DNA of 64,000 nucleotides from Acutalibacteraceae bacterium. GTDB taxonomy: Bacteria; Bacillota; Clostridia; Oscillospirales; Acutalibacteraceae. Every line of letters starts with the position of its first letter. Position 1 is the stretch's first letter. The translations under genes were made by a program, and so were the position numbers. The notes under the pieces were generated by a model. That model worked only from the letters and a program-made list of their open reading frames with translations. It was not told where the DNA came from and did not search any database. Below, one piece after another: positions 26,263 through 36,142 of this stretch. The DNA lies in NCBI GenBank assembly GCA_045631405.1, contig JAZQUT010000090.1, positions 5,896 to 69,895 on the forward strand. The letters run 5' to 3'.

Positions 26263-28080
26263 TTACATCAACTCAAACAAAACTGTATCGTGTTTATTCA
26301 TATAAAGCGAAACAACATCGGTGTCTTGCTCCTCAAGACTTGTGCCGAGAAGAGACTTAGCCTTATATTTTTTAGGTAACTTTATTTCAACTTCACCCTC
26401 TTGAGATGTATGAATACCGATATATCCGCCACCACAATAAACCACATTGTTATCTGAATTATAGCAATGAACACCCTTTGAAACAAGATATTCACGAAGT
26501 TCTGGTGTGGAAATATATATTTTATCACCCTCAGGGAAAAGATAGGGTATATTATAGCTTGCGCAAAGTGACATTGCCTTTTTACCGTTTTCCGAGGGTA
26601 AAGGTGTTGTAAAAATTGCAACCTTATATTTATCAATAACCTTTTCGGCATCCTCAGTCATACATAAATCAAAAGGAATACCGGTATTGCCCATTGCAAC
26701 TCTGATATTATTAACACTACAAGCGACATCAGTGCATCTTGGATTATTAAAATATGCCCTTTCATCTATAAAAACTACTGTTTCAGCAGATGGATATGAA
26801 GTAGCTTTCTCTTTGGAGCTTTCGGCAATATTTCTCATTCTGCTCATTTCAAGCATAATTTCTTCATGGTGGTACCAACCGCCCCACATATCAAACCACC
26901 AAATGCCCGAAAACCTTGAAAGCTGATGGGCGAAGGCTTTTCTTACAGCAGCAAGAGAATTCTCAAGAGTATCAGGACCACACCAAACGGTTTTATTACC
27001 CTTATCATTTCTAAGATTGAAATAATTTCCTGAAAATGTTCCCGGTCGGGAATCCTGCATACGCCTTGTAAGGTGAGTTCGTATATCACACTCAACAAAA
27101 TAAAGCTTATTATGAAGCCTGAGTGATTTTTCAGCTATCATATCGCCCCAATCGACTCCAAGCTCACGGGTACAGTCATAGCAGCAGGGCGAAGAGAAAA
27201 AGTCGATATACGGTGAATCAATAATATGCCTTAAGCCTGCAAGACCAAGAAGTGGGTCATTAACAAAAGCATTGTAGCCGTAGAAAGCTCCTACCACCTG
27301 TTCATTATCAATAAGATTTTTTGTTACCTTGCAGAAATGCTCAACAGCATTGGCTGAAGCTTCGCAACAGAACTCGCCATAACGACTGACTGTTTCATTA
27401 TAGCCAGCCTTGAACAAATCTTCTTTTGTTATTTCAGGAACAGTATCTTCATTATATTTCTCTTTCATCCATAAACGGAATTTTTCGAGTCCTTTTTCAG
27501 AAAAAGAGCCTGCCATATCGTGATGCATCCATTCCTGAGTTGTACCACCACAAATCTGATACCCGGCAATTCTATGGCTGTATTCTGCAGAACAGATGTG
27601 TGAAATCAGAATAGAAAGAAGCTCTGAGCCATCGTTAAAATATTTTTCAGACCAAAGAGCCTCCCTCATACCCGAAGGAGTTGAAACACATTCGTCAGAA
27701 TTATTCTGAATCCATTTTTCAGGCATTGCAACATTTATACGAGGGAAAATGAGTGCGTCTGGACATTCAGTTAAAACACCTGCGACCACCTCGTCAAACT
27801 CGCTATAATCAGGCTCGTCGCCATCAAAAACGCCTGTTCTGAATGGCGAAAAGCCACTGACATTGTTTATTGGAAGCTTGGTAAAGGAGACATTGATAAA
27901 GAACATTTTGTAGCCTGCCTTTATAAAGTCCGAAAACTCCCCACATTCCTCAAAATAAGTGGTATATGCAAGAGGATAATGCAAGGCTCCGTCTATAGCT
28001 ATATACGGCTTTTCATTTTTAAACTCAACTGAAGACCTCACATTATCACTCCTGTTAATTTTATAGAATGATTTTACCAT
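26263..28080 (-). CDS. Hypothetical protein, possibly a GH42-like three-domain glycoside hydrolase
   Basis: Clear 605-aa ORF inside the glycosidase cluster. The function call rests only on weak barrel-plus-Rossmann-like impressions; no catalytic motif was confirmed. Confidence 0.35.
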   Translation of the reverse strand: MVKSFYKINRSDNVRSSVEFKNEKPYIAIDGALHYPLAYTTYFEECGEFSDFIKAGYKMFFINVSFTKLPINNVSGFSPFRTGVFDGDEPDYSEFDEVVAGVLTECPDALIFPRINVAMPEKWIQNNSDECVSTPSGMREALWSEKYFNDGSELLSILISHICSAEYSHRIAGYQICGGTTQEWMHHDMAGSFSEKGLEKFRLWMKEKYNEDTVPEITKEDLFKAGYNETVSRYGEFCCEASANAVEHFCKVTKNLIDNEQVVGAFYGYNAFVNDPLLGLAGLRHIIDSPYIDFFSSPCCYDCTRELGVDWGDMIAEKSLRLHNKLYFVECDIRTHLTRRMQDSRPGTFSGNYFNLRNDKGNKTVWCGPDTLENSLAAVRKAFAHQLSRFSGIWWFDMWGGWYHHEEIMLEMSRMRNIAESSKEKATSYPSAETVVFIDERAYFNNPRCTDVACSVNNIRVAMGNTGIPFDLCMTEDAEKVIDKYKVAIFTTPLPSENGKKAMSLCASYNIPYLFPEGDKIYISTPELREYLVSKGVHCYNSDNNVVYCGGGYIGIHTSQEGEVEIKLPKKYKAKSLLGTSLEEQDTDVVSLYMNKHDTVLFELM

Positions 28081-28147
28081 TGAACCAAAAGAATTGCAAC
28101 AAACAAAATAAACACCTCCGAGAAATATTTCTCGAAGGTGTAATATA

Positions 28148-29377
28148 TCATTCGCCTTTTTTCAATTCGTCAAACATTGCCTTTAATGTGGGGCTGTTTT
28201 TTGTCAGCTTTTTAATGCTTAAATCCTGTGCCTTGTCATTTGCAAGTCTGAGATTTCTTTCAGAGGATGTAAGGGCATCCTTAACCTTCTGAAGCTGTGC
28301 AATTGATTTATCAATTTCTGCTATAGCATCATTGAACTTTCGGCTTGCCAGATCATAGTTTTTAGCAAAGCCTTCTTTAAACACATTCATATTGTTCTCA
28401 AAATTGATAATATCAAGCTGCTGATTTCTTACGATCTGCAGCTCCTGCTGATATTTCAAGGAGTTGAGGGCTGCATTACGAAGCAAGGAAATAATAGGAA
28501 TGAAGAACTGAGGTCTTACCACATACATTTTAGGATATTTGTAGGAAACATCAACGATTCCATTGTTATATAACTCATTGTCCATTTCAAGCATTGAAAC
28601 CAAAACGGCATATTCACAGCCCTTTTCGTTTCTGTCCTTATCAAGCTCTTTAAAGAAATGCTCGTTTTTATGCTTGGTTGCAGTAGTTTCGTTTTCGTTT
28701 TTCATTTCAAACATAATTGAAATAAATTCGGTTCCATCCTCTGCAAATTCCTTGTAGATAAAGTCACCCTTACTGCCTGTTTTAGCATCATTATCCTTTT
28801 CAAAATAGGCATTAGGAAAAGCTGTCATTCTTATTGAATTAAACTGAGTAAGACAATGCTGCTCAAGGCTTTCACCAACCATTTTGGTTGACTGACGAGC
28901 TTTAAAATCCTTATAGTATGCTATCTGCTCATCCTTATCCTTCAGCTGACCCTCATATTTTTCCTTAAGGCTATTTTCCATAAGCTTGCTTTCAGATTCC
29001 TTGCTTTCAAGCTTACCCTTAAGCTCAATTATTTCAGTAGTTTTTTGAGAAAGCTCTTTTTCTTTTCTCTGCTCTGCCTCTGAAACTGCTAATTTTTTCT
29101 CTGTTTCGTTAGCACTGATTTTAGCCTTTAATTCTGCAATTTCTTTATCCTTATCAGCAAGCTCGCGCTCTTTTTTGTTCAATATATCAGCTTGCTCTCT
29201 GTCCTTTTCCATACGAATAATTCGCATATCGCTTTCCTGCTTCTGTTCAAGCTCCTTTGAACGACGACTAAGCTCCTTATCAAACTCGCTATCTCGCACC
29301 TGCTGAACAATTGCAGCATAGCCTGATTCATCAACCTGAAAAACCTCTCCACAATTAGGACATTTGATTTCTTTCAT
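28148..29377 (-). CDS. DUF2130-like protein: Zn-ribbon, long coiled coil, C-terminal PD-(D/E)XK-like module
   Basis: [29 protein letters not shown] start, followed by a charged heptad region of about 130 aa. Then [25 protein letters not shown], which reads as D...E-x-K. Confidence 0.65.
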   Translation of the reverse strand: MKEIKCPNCGEVFQVDESGYAAIVQQVRDSEFDKELSRRSKELEQKQESDMRIIRMEKDREQADILNKKERELADKDKEIAELKAKISANETEKKLAVSEAEQRKEKELSQKTTEIIELKGKLESKESESKLMENSLKEKYEGQLKDKDEQIAYYKDFKARQSTKMVGESLEQHCLTQFNSIRMTAFPNAYFEKDNDAKTGSKGDFIYKEFAEDGTEFISIMFEMKNENETTATKHKNEHFFKELDKDRNEKGCEYAVLVSMLEMDNELYNNGIVDVSYKYPKMYVVRPQFFIPIISLLRNAALNSLKYQQELQIVRNQQLDIINFENNMNVFKEGFAKNYDLASRKFNDAIAEIDKSIAQLQKVKDALTSSERNLRLANDKAQDLSIKKLTKNSPTLKAMFDELKKGE

Positions 29378-29491
29378 AAATTTAAACTCCTTAAAAGCAC
29401 ACCGGAAAAAGCAATCTTCTTATCTGCTTGAATTCTTTTGTATTTACTCCAATTATACAACATTTTAAAGCAGATAGCAATCTTTTGATTA

Positions 29492-29520
29492 TTGAAACAT
29501 TTACAAAAATATGGTATTAT
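29492..29520 (+). promoter_or_regulatory. Promoter of the GH92-GH27-GH29 operon
   Basis: TTGAAA (29492-29497), a 17-nt spacer, then TATTAT (29515-29520). It lies upstream of the preferred ATG at 29552. Confidence 0.5.
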
Positions 29521-29551
29521 AATTTCATATTTAGCGAAAGTAGGATGCTTT

Positions 29552-31621
29552 ATGAATTATATCAAATATGTAAACATCAAGCAGGGCTCACAATCTCTGC
29601 ATCGTTTCTCTCAGGGCAACACCTTACCCCTTGTTCAGAAGCCCTTCGGCTTTGCAGCATTCAGCCTGCAGACCGAAACCTCAAGAGGTAGCTGGTACTA
29701 TCATCCCGGTGACCGATCTGTTGAGGGTATTCGTCTTACCCGTCAGCCAAGTCCTTGGATCAGCGACCACAGTGCATTTACAATGATGCCTCAGATTGAG
29801 AAGCCGTATGTTGATTTTGAGGATTGCTGGTCAGGCTATGACCCCGAAAAAGCAATCTTAGAGCCTCACTACCTTAAATGTTATCTTAAAAGACCCTTCT
29901 GCGATTTTGAGCTTACTCCCACAGAATATGGCGCTTGTGTAAGACTCAGCTTCAAAACAGATTTTAACCGTTATATTTCAGTTTTGCCTGTTAAATATAA
30001 CTGCGAATACGAATACGACAAGGAGAACAATCGCCTTTTCTGTTGGACAGACTGCAACCAAAGCAAAAACACTCACGATAAAGGCAAGCTTAAGGGCTAT
30101 TATGTTTTCCAGTTTGATGCAGATTCTGTTGATGCAGATAAAATTCTTGTTGGCAGCAGAGACACATCTGATACAGAGCACAGCCTTCATACTGCAGGCG
30201 AAGGCACAGGTATTCATATAGCATTAAAGAAAAAGGATGTTACATTCACTGTTGCAACCTCATTCATAAGCTACGAGCAGGCTTTAAGAAACCTTCAGCA
30301 CGATTCTGTTTATGGTAGCTTTGACGAGTTAAAGGCTGAAAACGAAGGTATATGGAATAACTATCTCAGCAAAATCGAGATAGACGCAGACGAGGATACA
30401 ATGAAAACCTTCTACAGCTGTATGTATCGTACATTCCTTTATCCTCACAAGGCTTACGAGCCTGATGAAAACGGAAAGCCCATCCACTATTCACCAAGTG
30501 CAGACAAGGTTCTCCCCGGTGTAAGATATACCGATAACGGCTTCTGGGACACTTATCGTACAAACTATCCCTTCTATGCAATTGTTGCAAAGGATGTTCT
30601 CCCTGAGATTATTGAAGGCTACATTCAGGACTATATTGACGGTGGCTGGCTCCCCCGTTGGACTGCAGGCGATGCTAAGAACTGTATGCCCAGCACTGCC
30701 TTTGATGCAGTAATTGCAGATATTGCTACAAGAAGCCTCATTTCTAAGGATTTACTTGAAATTGCATTCAAGGGTATGGAGCATCATGCAAATAAATCCT
30801 CAACAGTACCTGCATACGGCAGAGAGGGCTGCGAGGACTACCTTGAGCTTGGGTATGTACCCTGCGATAAGTACAGAGAAAGCGTCAACCTTACTCTTGA
30901 CGCTGCATATTTTGATGACTGTATCGCAACTGTTGCTGAAATTCTCGGCTACGAGGAAAAGAAGACACAGTATAAAAAACGCGCTAAAAATTACGCTAAT
31001 ATTTTTGATAAAGAAACAGGCTTTATGCGTCCTAAGGATTCAAAGGGAAATTTCAAGCCCGATTTCGACCCCATAAGATGGGGTGGCGATTATACAGAAG
31101 CAGCTGCATGGCAGACAAGCTTTGCTGTTCAGCACGATATTGACGGTCTTGCAGAGCTTTATGGTGGTAAGGATGCTCTTATCAAAAAGCTTGACGAATT
31201 CTTTGCTACTCCTGCAGATTACAGAGTTGGTGGCTACAACTACGAAATTCACGAAATGACCGAAATGGCAGCTTGTGACTGGGGTCAATGCGCAATTTCA
31301 AATCAGCCCAGCTTCCATATTCCATTTATTTATACATATCTCGGTCAGCCCGAAAAGGCTGAATATTGGCTTAAGAGAATTTGTGCAGAAGGCTTCTCCT
31401 GGAAGGATGACGGCTTCCCCGGTGACGAGGACAACGGTTCAACTGCTGCCTGGTATATTTTCAGTTGTCTTGGTATTTACCCCATCACACCTGGTAAACC
31501 CATTTACACAAACAACAAGCCATTAGTTGACAACATCCGTATTCTTGGTAAAAAGGTTGACTTCTCTAAATACGGAAACATTGTTACATACGACGAAATT
31601 ATGAAACAAATTGAAGAATAA
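29552..31621 (+). CDS. GH92 alpha-mannosidase
   Basis: GNTLPLVQKPFGF, NQPSFHIPFIYTYLGQP and GDEDNGSTAAWYIFSCLGIYPITPG match GH92 signatures. The ATG at 29552 has an AGGA RBS. Confidence 0.82.
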   Translation: MNYIKYVNIKQGSQSLHRFSQGNTLPLVQKPFGFAAFSLQTETSRGSWYYHPGDRSVEGIRLTRQPSPWISDHSAFTMMPQIEKPYVDFEDCWSGYDPEKAILEPHYLKCYLKRPFCDFELTPTEYGACVRLSFKTDFNRYISVLPVKYNCEYEYDKENNRLFCWTDCNQSKNTHDKGKLKGYYVFQFDADSVDADKILVGSRDTSDTEHSLHTAGEGTGIHIALKKKDVTFTVATSFISYEQALRNLQHDSVYGSFDELKAENEGIWNNYLSKIEIDADEDTMKTFYSCMYRTFLYPHKAYEPDENGKPIHYSPSADKVLPGVRYTDNGFWDTYRTNYPFYAIVAKDVLPEIIEGYIQDYIDGGWLPRWTAGDAKNCMPSTAFDAVIADIATRSLISKDLLEIAFKGMEHHANKSSTVPAYGREGCEDYLELGYVPCDKYRESVNLTLDAAYFDDCIATVAEILGYEEKKTQYKKRAKNYANIFDKETGFMRPKDSKGNFKPDFDPIRWGGDYTEAAAWQTSFAVQHDIDGLAELYGGKDALIKKLDEFFATPADYRVGGYNYEIHEMTEMAACDWGQCAISNQPSFHIPFIYTYLGQPEKAEYWLKRICAEGFSWKDDGFPGDEDNGSTAAWYIFSCLGIYPITPGKPIYTNNKPLVDNIRILGKKVDFSKYGNIVTYDEIMKQIEE

Positions 31622-31634
31622 GAGGTAGATAGAA

Positions 31635-32942
31635 ATGCATAAAAAATTAGCACTCACTCCCCCTATGGGATGGAATAGCTGGGACTGCTACGGTGCAGCA
31701 GTCAATGAAGAACAGCTTCTTGCCAATGCAGATTATATGGCACAGCATCTTAAGGACTACGGCTGGGAATATGTTGTTTGTGACATTCAATGGTCCGAGC
31801 CTACTGCAAACAGTTTTTATTACAACTATTTCGCTCCACTTTGTATGGATGAATATTCAAGACTCATTCCATCAGTTGAGCGCTTCCCCTCTTCTGCAGA
31901 CGGAAAGGGATTCAAGCCTATTGCAGATTACATACATTCTCTCGGACTTAAATTCGGTATTCATATTATGAGAGGTATTCCAAGACAAGCAGCACATCAG
32001 AATACCAAAATCAAATGCGAAGGTGTTACTGCAAAGGATATCGCAAACCCTACTTCAATTTGTAAATGGAACCCTGATATGTATGGTCTTTACCCCGATA
32101 ATAAAGGTGCTCAGGAATATTACGATTCAATTTTTGAGCTTTATGCATCATGGGATGTGGACTACATCAAATGCGACGATATTGCAAACACAGAAATGTT
32201 CCCCGACAACCCATACTCTGCAAGAAAAGAAATTGAAATGCTCAGAAAAGCCATTGACAAATGCGGTAGAGATATGGTTCTCAGCCTTTCTCCCGGTCCT
32301 GCTCCTGTTTGGGAACATGAGCATCTTGCAGCACATGCAAATATGTGGCGTATGACAGGAGATTTCTGGGACGAATGGAGCAAGCTCCACGCTATGTTTG
32401 AGCGCTGCTATGCATGGCAGGAACATGTTCAGCCCGGTGCATGGCCCGATTGCGATATGCTCCCCCTCGGCAGAATTCAGCTTACTGAAGAGCTCCCCCA
32501 ATACAGAGCCCGTTACACCCGATTCACTCACGATGAGCAGATTACAATGATGACTCTTTGGAGCATCTTCCGTTCCCCTCTTATGATGGGTGGAGAAATG
32601 CGCGAGAATGATGAATTCACCCTCTCTCTTCTTCAGAACAGAGAGCTTATTGATATGCTTAAGAACTCAAACGGCGCAAGGCAGTTCAAGCGTGAAGAAA
32701 CTGATGGCAAAGGCGAAATCATCTGGACATCGAATGGTGAAAACTGCAAATATGTTGCACTCTTCAACACAGATGACGAAGAAAGAGAAATCAGCTTTGA
32801 TATTACCGATATTTCAATCGGTGGTGTTAAATACAGCGTTTGGGATATGTGGGCACATGAAGAACACACAGTAACCGACAGTAAATTTTCTGCAATGGTT
32901 AATTCCCACGGCGCAAGACTTTTCAAGATTACACTCAAATAA
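31635..32942 (+). CDS. GH27 alpha-galactosidase family enzyme
   Basis: LTPPMGWNSWDCYG and WDVDYIKCDD signatures. Confidence 0.82.
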   Translation: MHKKLALTPPMGWNSWDCYGAAVNEEQLLANADYMAQHLKDYGWEYVVCDIQWSEPTANSFYYNYFAPLCMDEYSRLIPSVERFPSSADGKGFKPIADYIHSLGLKFGIHIMRGIPRQAAHQNTKIKCEGVTAKDIANPTSICKWNPDMYGLYPDNKGAQEYYDSIFELYASWDVDYIKCDDIANTEMFPDNPYSARKEIEMLRKAIDKCGRDMVLSLSPGPAPVWEHEHLAAHANMWRMTGDFWDEWSKLHAMFERCYAWQEHVQPGAWPDCDMLPLGRIQLTEELPQYRARYTRFTHDEQITMMTLWSIFRSPLMMGGEMRENDEFTLSLLQNRELIDMLKNSNGARQFKREETDGKGEIIWTSNGENCKYVALFNTDDEEREISFDITDISIGGVKYSVWDMWAHEEHTVTDSKFSAMVNSHGARLFKITLK

Positions 32943-32973
32943 ATTAAACCTTCTTAATGGGGGGGGTAGAATT

Positions 32974-34449
32974 GTGACAACAAAGGAATATTTAAAGCTT
33001 ATTGACGAGGTTAACACCAACGGAAAATACAAGCCTGACTGGGCAAATCTTTCCCACCATAAAACCCCTGAATGGTACATGCGCGACAAAATTGGTATCT
33101 TTATTCATTGGGGGATTTACTCCGTTCCTGCTTATGGAAACGAATGGTATTCAAGAGCGATGTATGACCCTGCCTGTGGTGAATTTGAGCACCATATAAA
33201 AACATACGGCAACCAAAAGGATTTTGGTTATAAGGACTTTATTCCTATGTTCAAGGCAGAAAATTTTGATGCTGAAAAATGGGTATGCCTTTTCAAAAAA
33301 GCAGGTATGAAATATGTTATGCCCGTTGCAGAGCATCACGACGGCTTTGCTATGTATGACACCCGATTCAATCCTTGGAACAGTAAGGAAATGGGACCTT
33401 GCAGAGATGTTGTTGGTGAGCTCAAGGCTGAATGTGAAAGGCAAGGTCTGACACTTTGCACATCAACCCACAGAGCAGAGCATTATTTCTTTATGAATAT
33501 GGGCAGAACCTTTGAAAGCGATGTCAATGACCCCGAATACGAAAGCTTTTATGGTCCTGCTGTTTATTGTGAGGAATTTCATTCTCACGATTTACACAGG
33601 TTTACCGCAGACACCTATTCCAAGGGTGCGAGCGAAGAATGGCTTCAGGATTGGCTTGTGCGCACCTGCGAGCTTGTTGATAAATATCAACCCTCTGTGC
33701 TTTATTTTGATTGGTGGATTCACAACCACTCATTCAAGCCTTATCTCAAAAAGCTTGCTGCATATTACTATAACCGAGCTGAAGAATGGGGCAAGGAGGT
33801 TACCATTAACTACAAGCACGAGGCATTCCCACCAAATGTTGCAACCTTTGATGTTGAAAGAGGTGCACTTTCAGGTATTTCTCCTCTGTATTGGCAAACC
33901 GATACAGCCATAGGTAAATGCTCCTGGGGCTACACAACCAATAACTCCTTCAAAAGTGCCCGTCAGGTTATCTGTGACCTTGTTGACATTGTTTCAAAAA
34001 ACGGAAATCTTCTTATAAACATTGGCCCCAAGCCTGATGGAACAATAACAGCTGAGGAAACCGAGGTTCTTCTCACAATGGGTGAATGGCTTGAAGTTAA
34101 CGGCGATGGTATTTACGGCACAAGCTTCTGGAAAACCTTCGGAGAGGGCGAAACAAATACATCGGGTGGTTATTTTTCTGATTACGATGAACAGCAATTT
34201 ACAGAAAAAGACTTCCGATTCACTTATAAAAACGGATATCTCTATGCTTTTCAGATGCGTCCATCAAAGGTTGTTGAAATCAAGACCTTAAAGAAACACG
34301 AAAAGCACAACTATCTTATTGAAAGCATTGAATTACTTGGCAGTAATGAAAAAATTGATTTCACAAGAGATGAAGAAGCACTTAAAATAAAGCTTAATAG
34401 TGAATTTAAAAACGATTTACCGATTTGCTTTAAAATTGAAATTGGATAA
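32974..34449 (+). CDS. GH29 alpha-L-fucosidase
   Basis: KIGIFIHWGIYSVPAYGNEWY and the surrounding GH29 N-terminal pattern. Confidence 0.88.
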   Translation: MTTKEYLKLIDEVNTNGKYKPDWANLSHHKTPEWYMRDKIGIFIHWGIYSVPAYGNEWYSRAMYDPACGEFEHHIKTYGNQKDFGYKDFIPMFKAENFDAEKWVCLFKKAGMKYVMPVAEHHDGFAMYDTRFNPWNSKEMGPCRDVVGELKAECERQGLTLCTSTHRAEHYFFMNMGRTFESDVNDPEYESFYGPAVYCEEFHSHDLHRFTADTYSKGASEEWLQDWLVRTCELVDKYQPSVLYFDWWIHNHSFKPYLKKLAAYYYNRAEEWGKEVTINYKHEAFPPNVATFDVERGALSGISPLYWQTDTAIGKCSWGYTTNNSFKSARQVICDLVDIVSKNGNLLINIGPKPDGTITAEETEVLLTMGEWLEVNGDGIYGTSFWKTFGEGETNTSGGYFSDYDEQQFTEKDFRFTYKNGYLYAFQMRPSKVVEIKTLKKHEKHNYLIESIELLGSNEKIDFTRDEEALKIKLNSEFKNDLPICFKIEIG

Positions 34450-34498
34450 CATAAAAGAGGATGTGAAAAAACTTATTGCTTTTTCACATCCTCTTGTT

Positions 34499-36007
34499 TC
34501 ATATCAAATCCCAGTCATATTCAACTATTTCACCATCAATTTCCCATTTTGTTGGTACGGGGTTTTCAAAAACATCAATGGGGGTTATTGTGTGAATTTC
34601 CTGATTTGCCTTGTAAGCATTTGCAAGGTCCTTTTTCTGTTCCTCTGTGAGATTTTTATTACAGGAAACAAAAAGTGGTGTGTTACTATAAGCGAGCACA
34701 TGGAGCCATTGCTTGTTTTTCTCCCACGGAATCTTATCCTCAAGAATACCTACACAGTCTGCATCGCACATATAAAACGCTTCATTCTGTGCTAATCTGA
34801 AGGCAAGAGTATTAACACCATTTTTTCTGGTTGCCTCCCACTCTCTACCACTTGTGTCATTACCTGTTCTGTTAAGCTCAACAAGACCTGCGCAAAGGTG
34901 AGAAATTGTATTGCATCCGATTACATACATATCCCCTGCAGTTTCTTTTATGAGTCTGTAAAGATCAAGAACTACCTCTGCATTGGTTTTTGTTCTGTCA
35001 TAAAAATGCCAATCGTCAATTTTAGTTATTGTTTCATTAAGGTCGGGACCCCAATCGCCAAACAAATCAGCAGTTGTAAAATCGTGCTTTAAAAGCTCAT
35101 AGCCCCACTCTTTAATTCTCTCAATATCTTTTTTGATATATTCCTTTACAAATGGATGAGTAGGGTCAAGATACTTTTTCTTACCCTTCATAAAGAGTCT
35201 CATATCCTCTGTAAGCACTTCATCTCTGTTATGAAGCAAGCGCACCCAGATACCAGGTCTCGCACCACATTCTCTGATTTCGTCGGCAAGCTTTTTAATA
35301 TCACCGAATTTTTCGTTAGGAAGCCAAGGCCCCTCACAGGAATTTATCTGCCAACAGTCATCAATAACCTCAAAGGGTCTGTTATCTATACCCTCTGCAA
35401 GCGCTGCCTGAACTCTTGCATCAGAAACAATTTCCTCATAGCTGCTTTTGCCGTAGGCATAATACCAGTTGTTACCACCATAAACTCTTTCCTTTGGAAG
35501 AATGGTATTATCACAAAGATCTTTGCAGTAATCGTGAAGGTTTGAAAAAATATCAGCAGAAGCATATTCTTTATATACAAATGTAGCAAGGTGAACCCTT
35601 CTGCCATTAAGCTCAACGCCACAGCCACCGTTTCTGCAATCAACAAGAGCCTTGATACCCTTGGTGGTATATTCAAAGCTTACGAATGAATTACAGCCTG
35701 TTTTAACACCAAAGCAGAAAGAGCTCTTTTTATCAGTTGCAATAAAATACCAGGGCATATATCTGTCTATATTACAAAGCCTTTTAAATTCAAGCTCGCC
35801 GTAGCTTCTCTCCCATGCATCACCTAAAACATAGAGATTTTCGTCACTTTCAAAAGTCCAATAAAGCTCAACAAATTTAGGCTTATCATTATTCGCTGTT
35901 ATATATAAATCAAGTGTGTTGCCATTAACAACAGCCTCAACAATTGTATCTTTAACTTGATTTTCACAAACTATTTTTTTACTGAAATTATTTAAATTTA
36001 AGCCCAT
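34499..36007 (-). CDS. Clan GH-D (GH36/GH27-like) alpha-galactosidase-like enzyme
   Basis: FEVIDDCWQ and YELLKHDFT resemble the DDGW and KxD motifs of clan D. I prefer the ATG at 36007 (MGLNLNN..., RBS AGGTGA) over the ORF-track start at 36097. Confidence 0.55.
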   Translation of the reverse strand: MGLNLNNFSKKIVCENQVKDTIVEAVVNGNTLDLYITANNDKPKFVELYWTFESDENLYVLGDAWERSYGELEFKRLCNIDRYMPWYFIATDKKSSFCFGVKTGCNSFVSFEYTTKGIKALVDCRNGGCGVELNGRRVHLATFVYKEYASADIFSNLHDYCKDLCDNTILPKERVYGGNNWYYAYGKSSYEEIVSDARVQAALAEGIDNRPFEVIDDCWQINSCEGPWLPNEKFGDIKKLADEIRECGARPGIWVRLLHNRDEVLTEDMRLFMKGKKKYLDPTHPFVKEYIKKDIERIKEWGYELLKHDFTTADLFGDWGPDLNETITKIDDWHFYDRTKTNAEVVLDLYRLIKETAGDMYVIGCNTISHLCAGLVELNRTGNDTSGREWEATRKNGVNTLAFRLAQNEAFYMCDADCVGILEDKIPWEKNKQWLHVLAYSNTPLFVSCNKNLTEEQKKDLANAYKANQEIHTITPIDVFENPVPTKWEIDGEIVEYDWDLI

Positions 36008-36142
36008 ATTTTCACCTGCAACTTTAAATTTCTTTAAATAATTATAACACCTGATAAAAGTAAAAACAACATCATAAATTTTATTGACACAACACACACA
36101 ATTTTATAAAATAAGTCTATAAAATTTCAGAGGTGATTTTCC

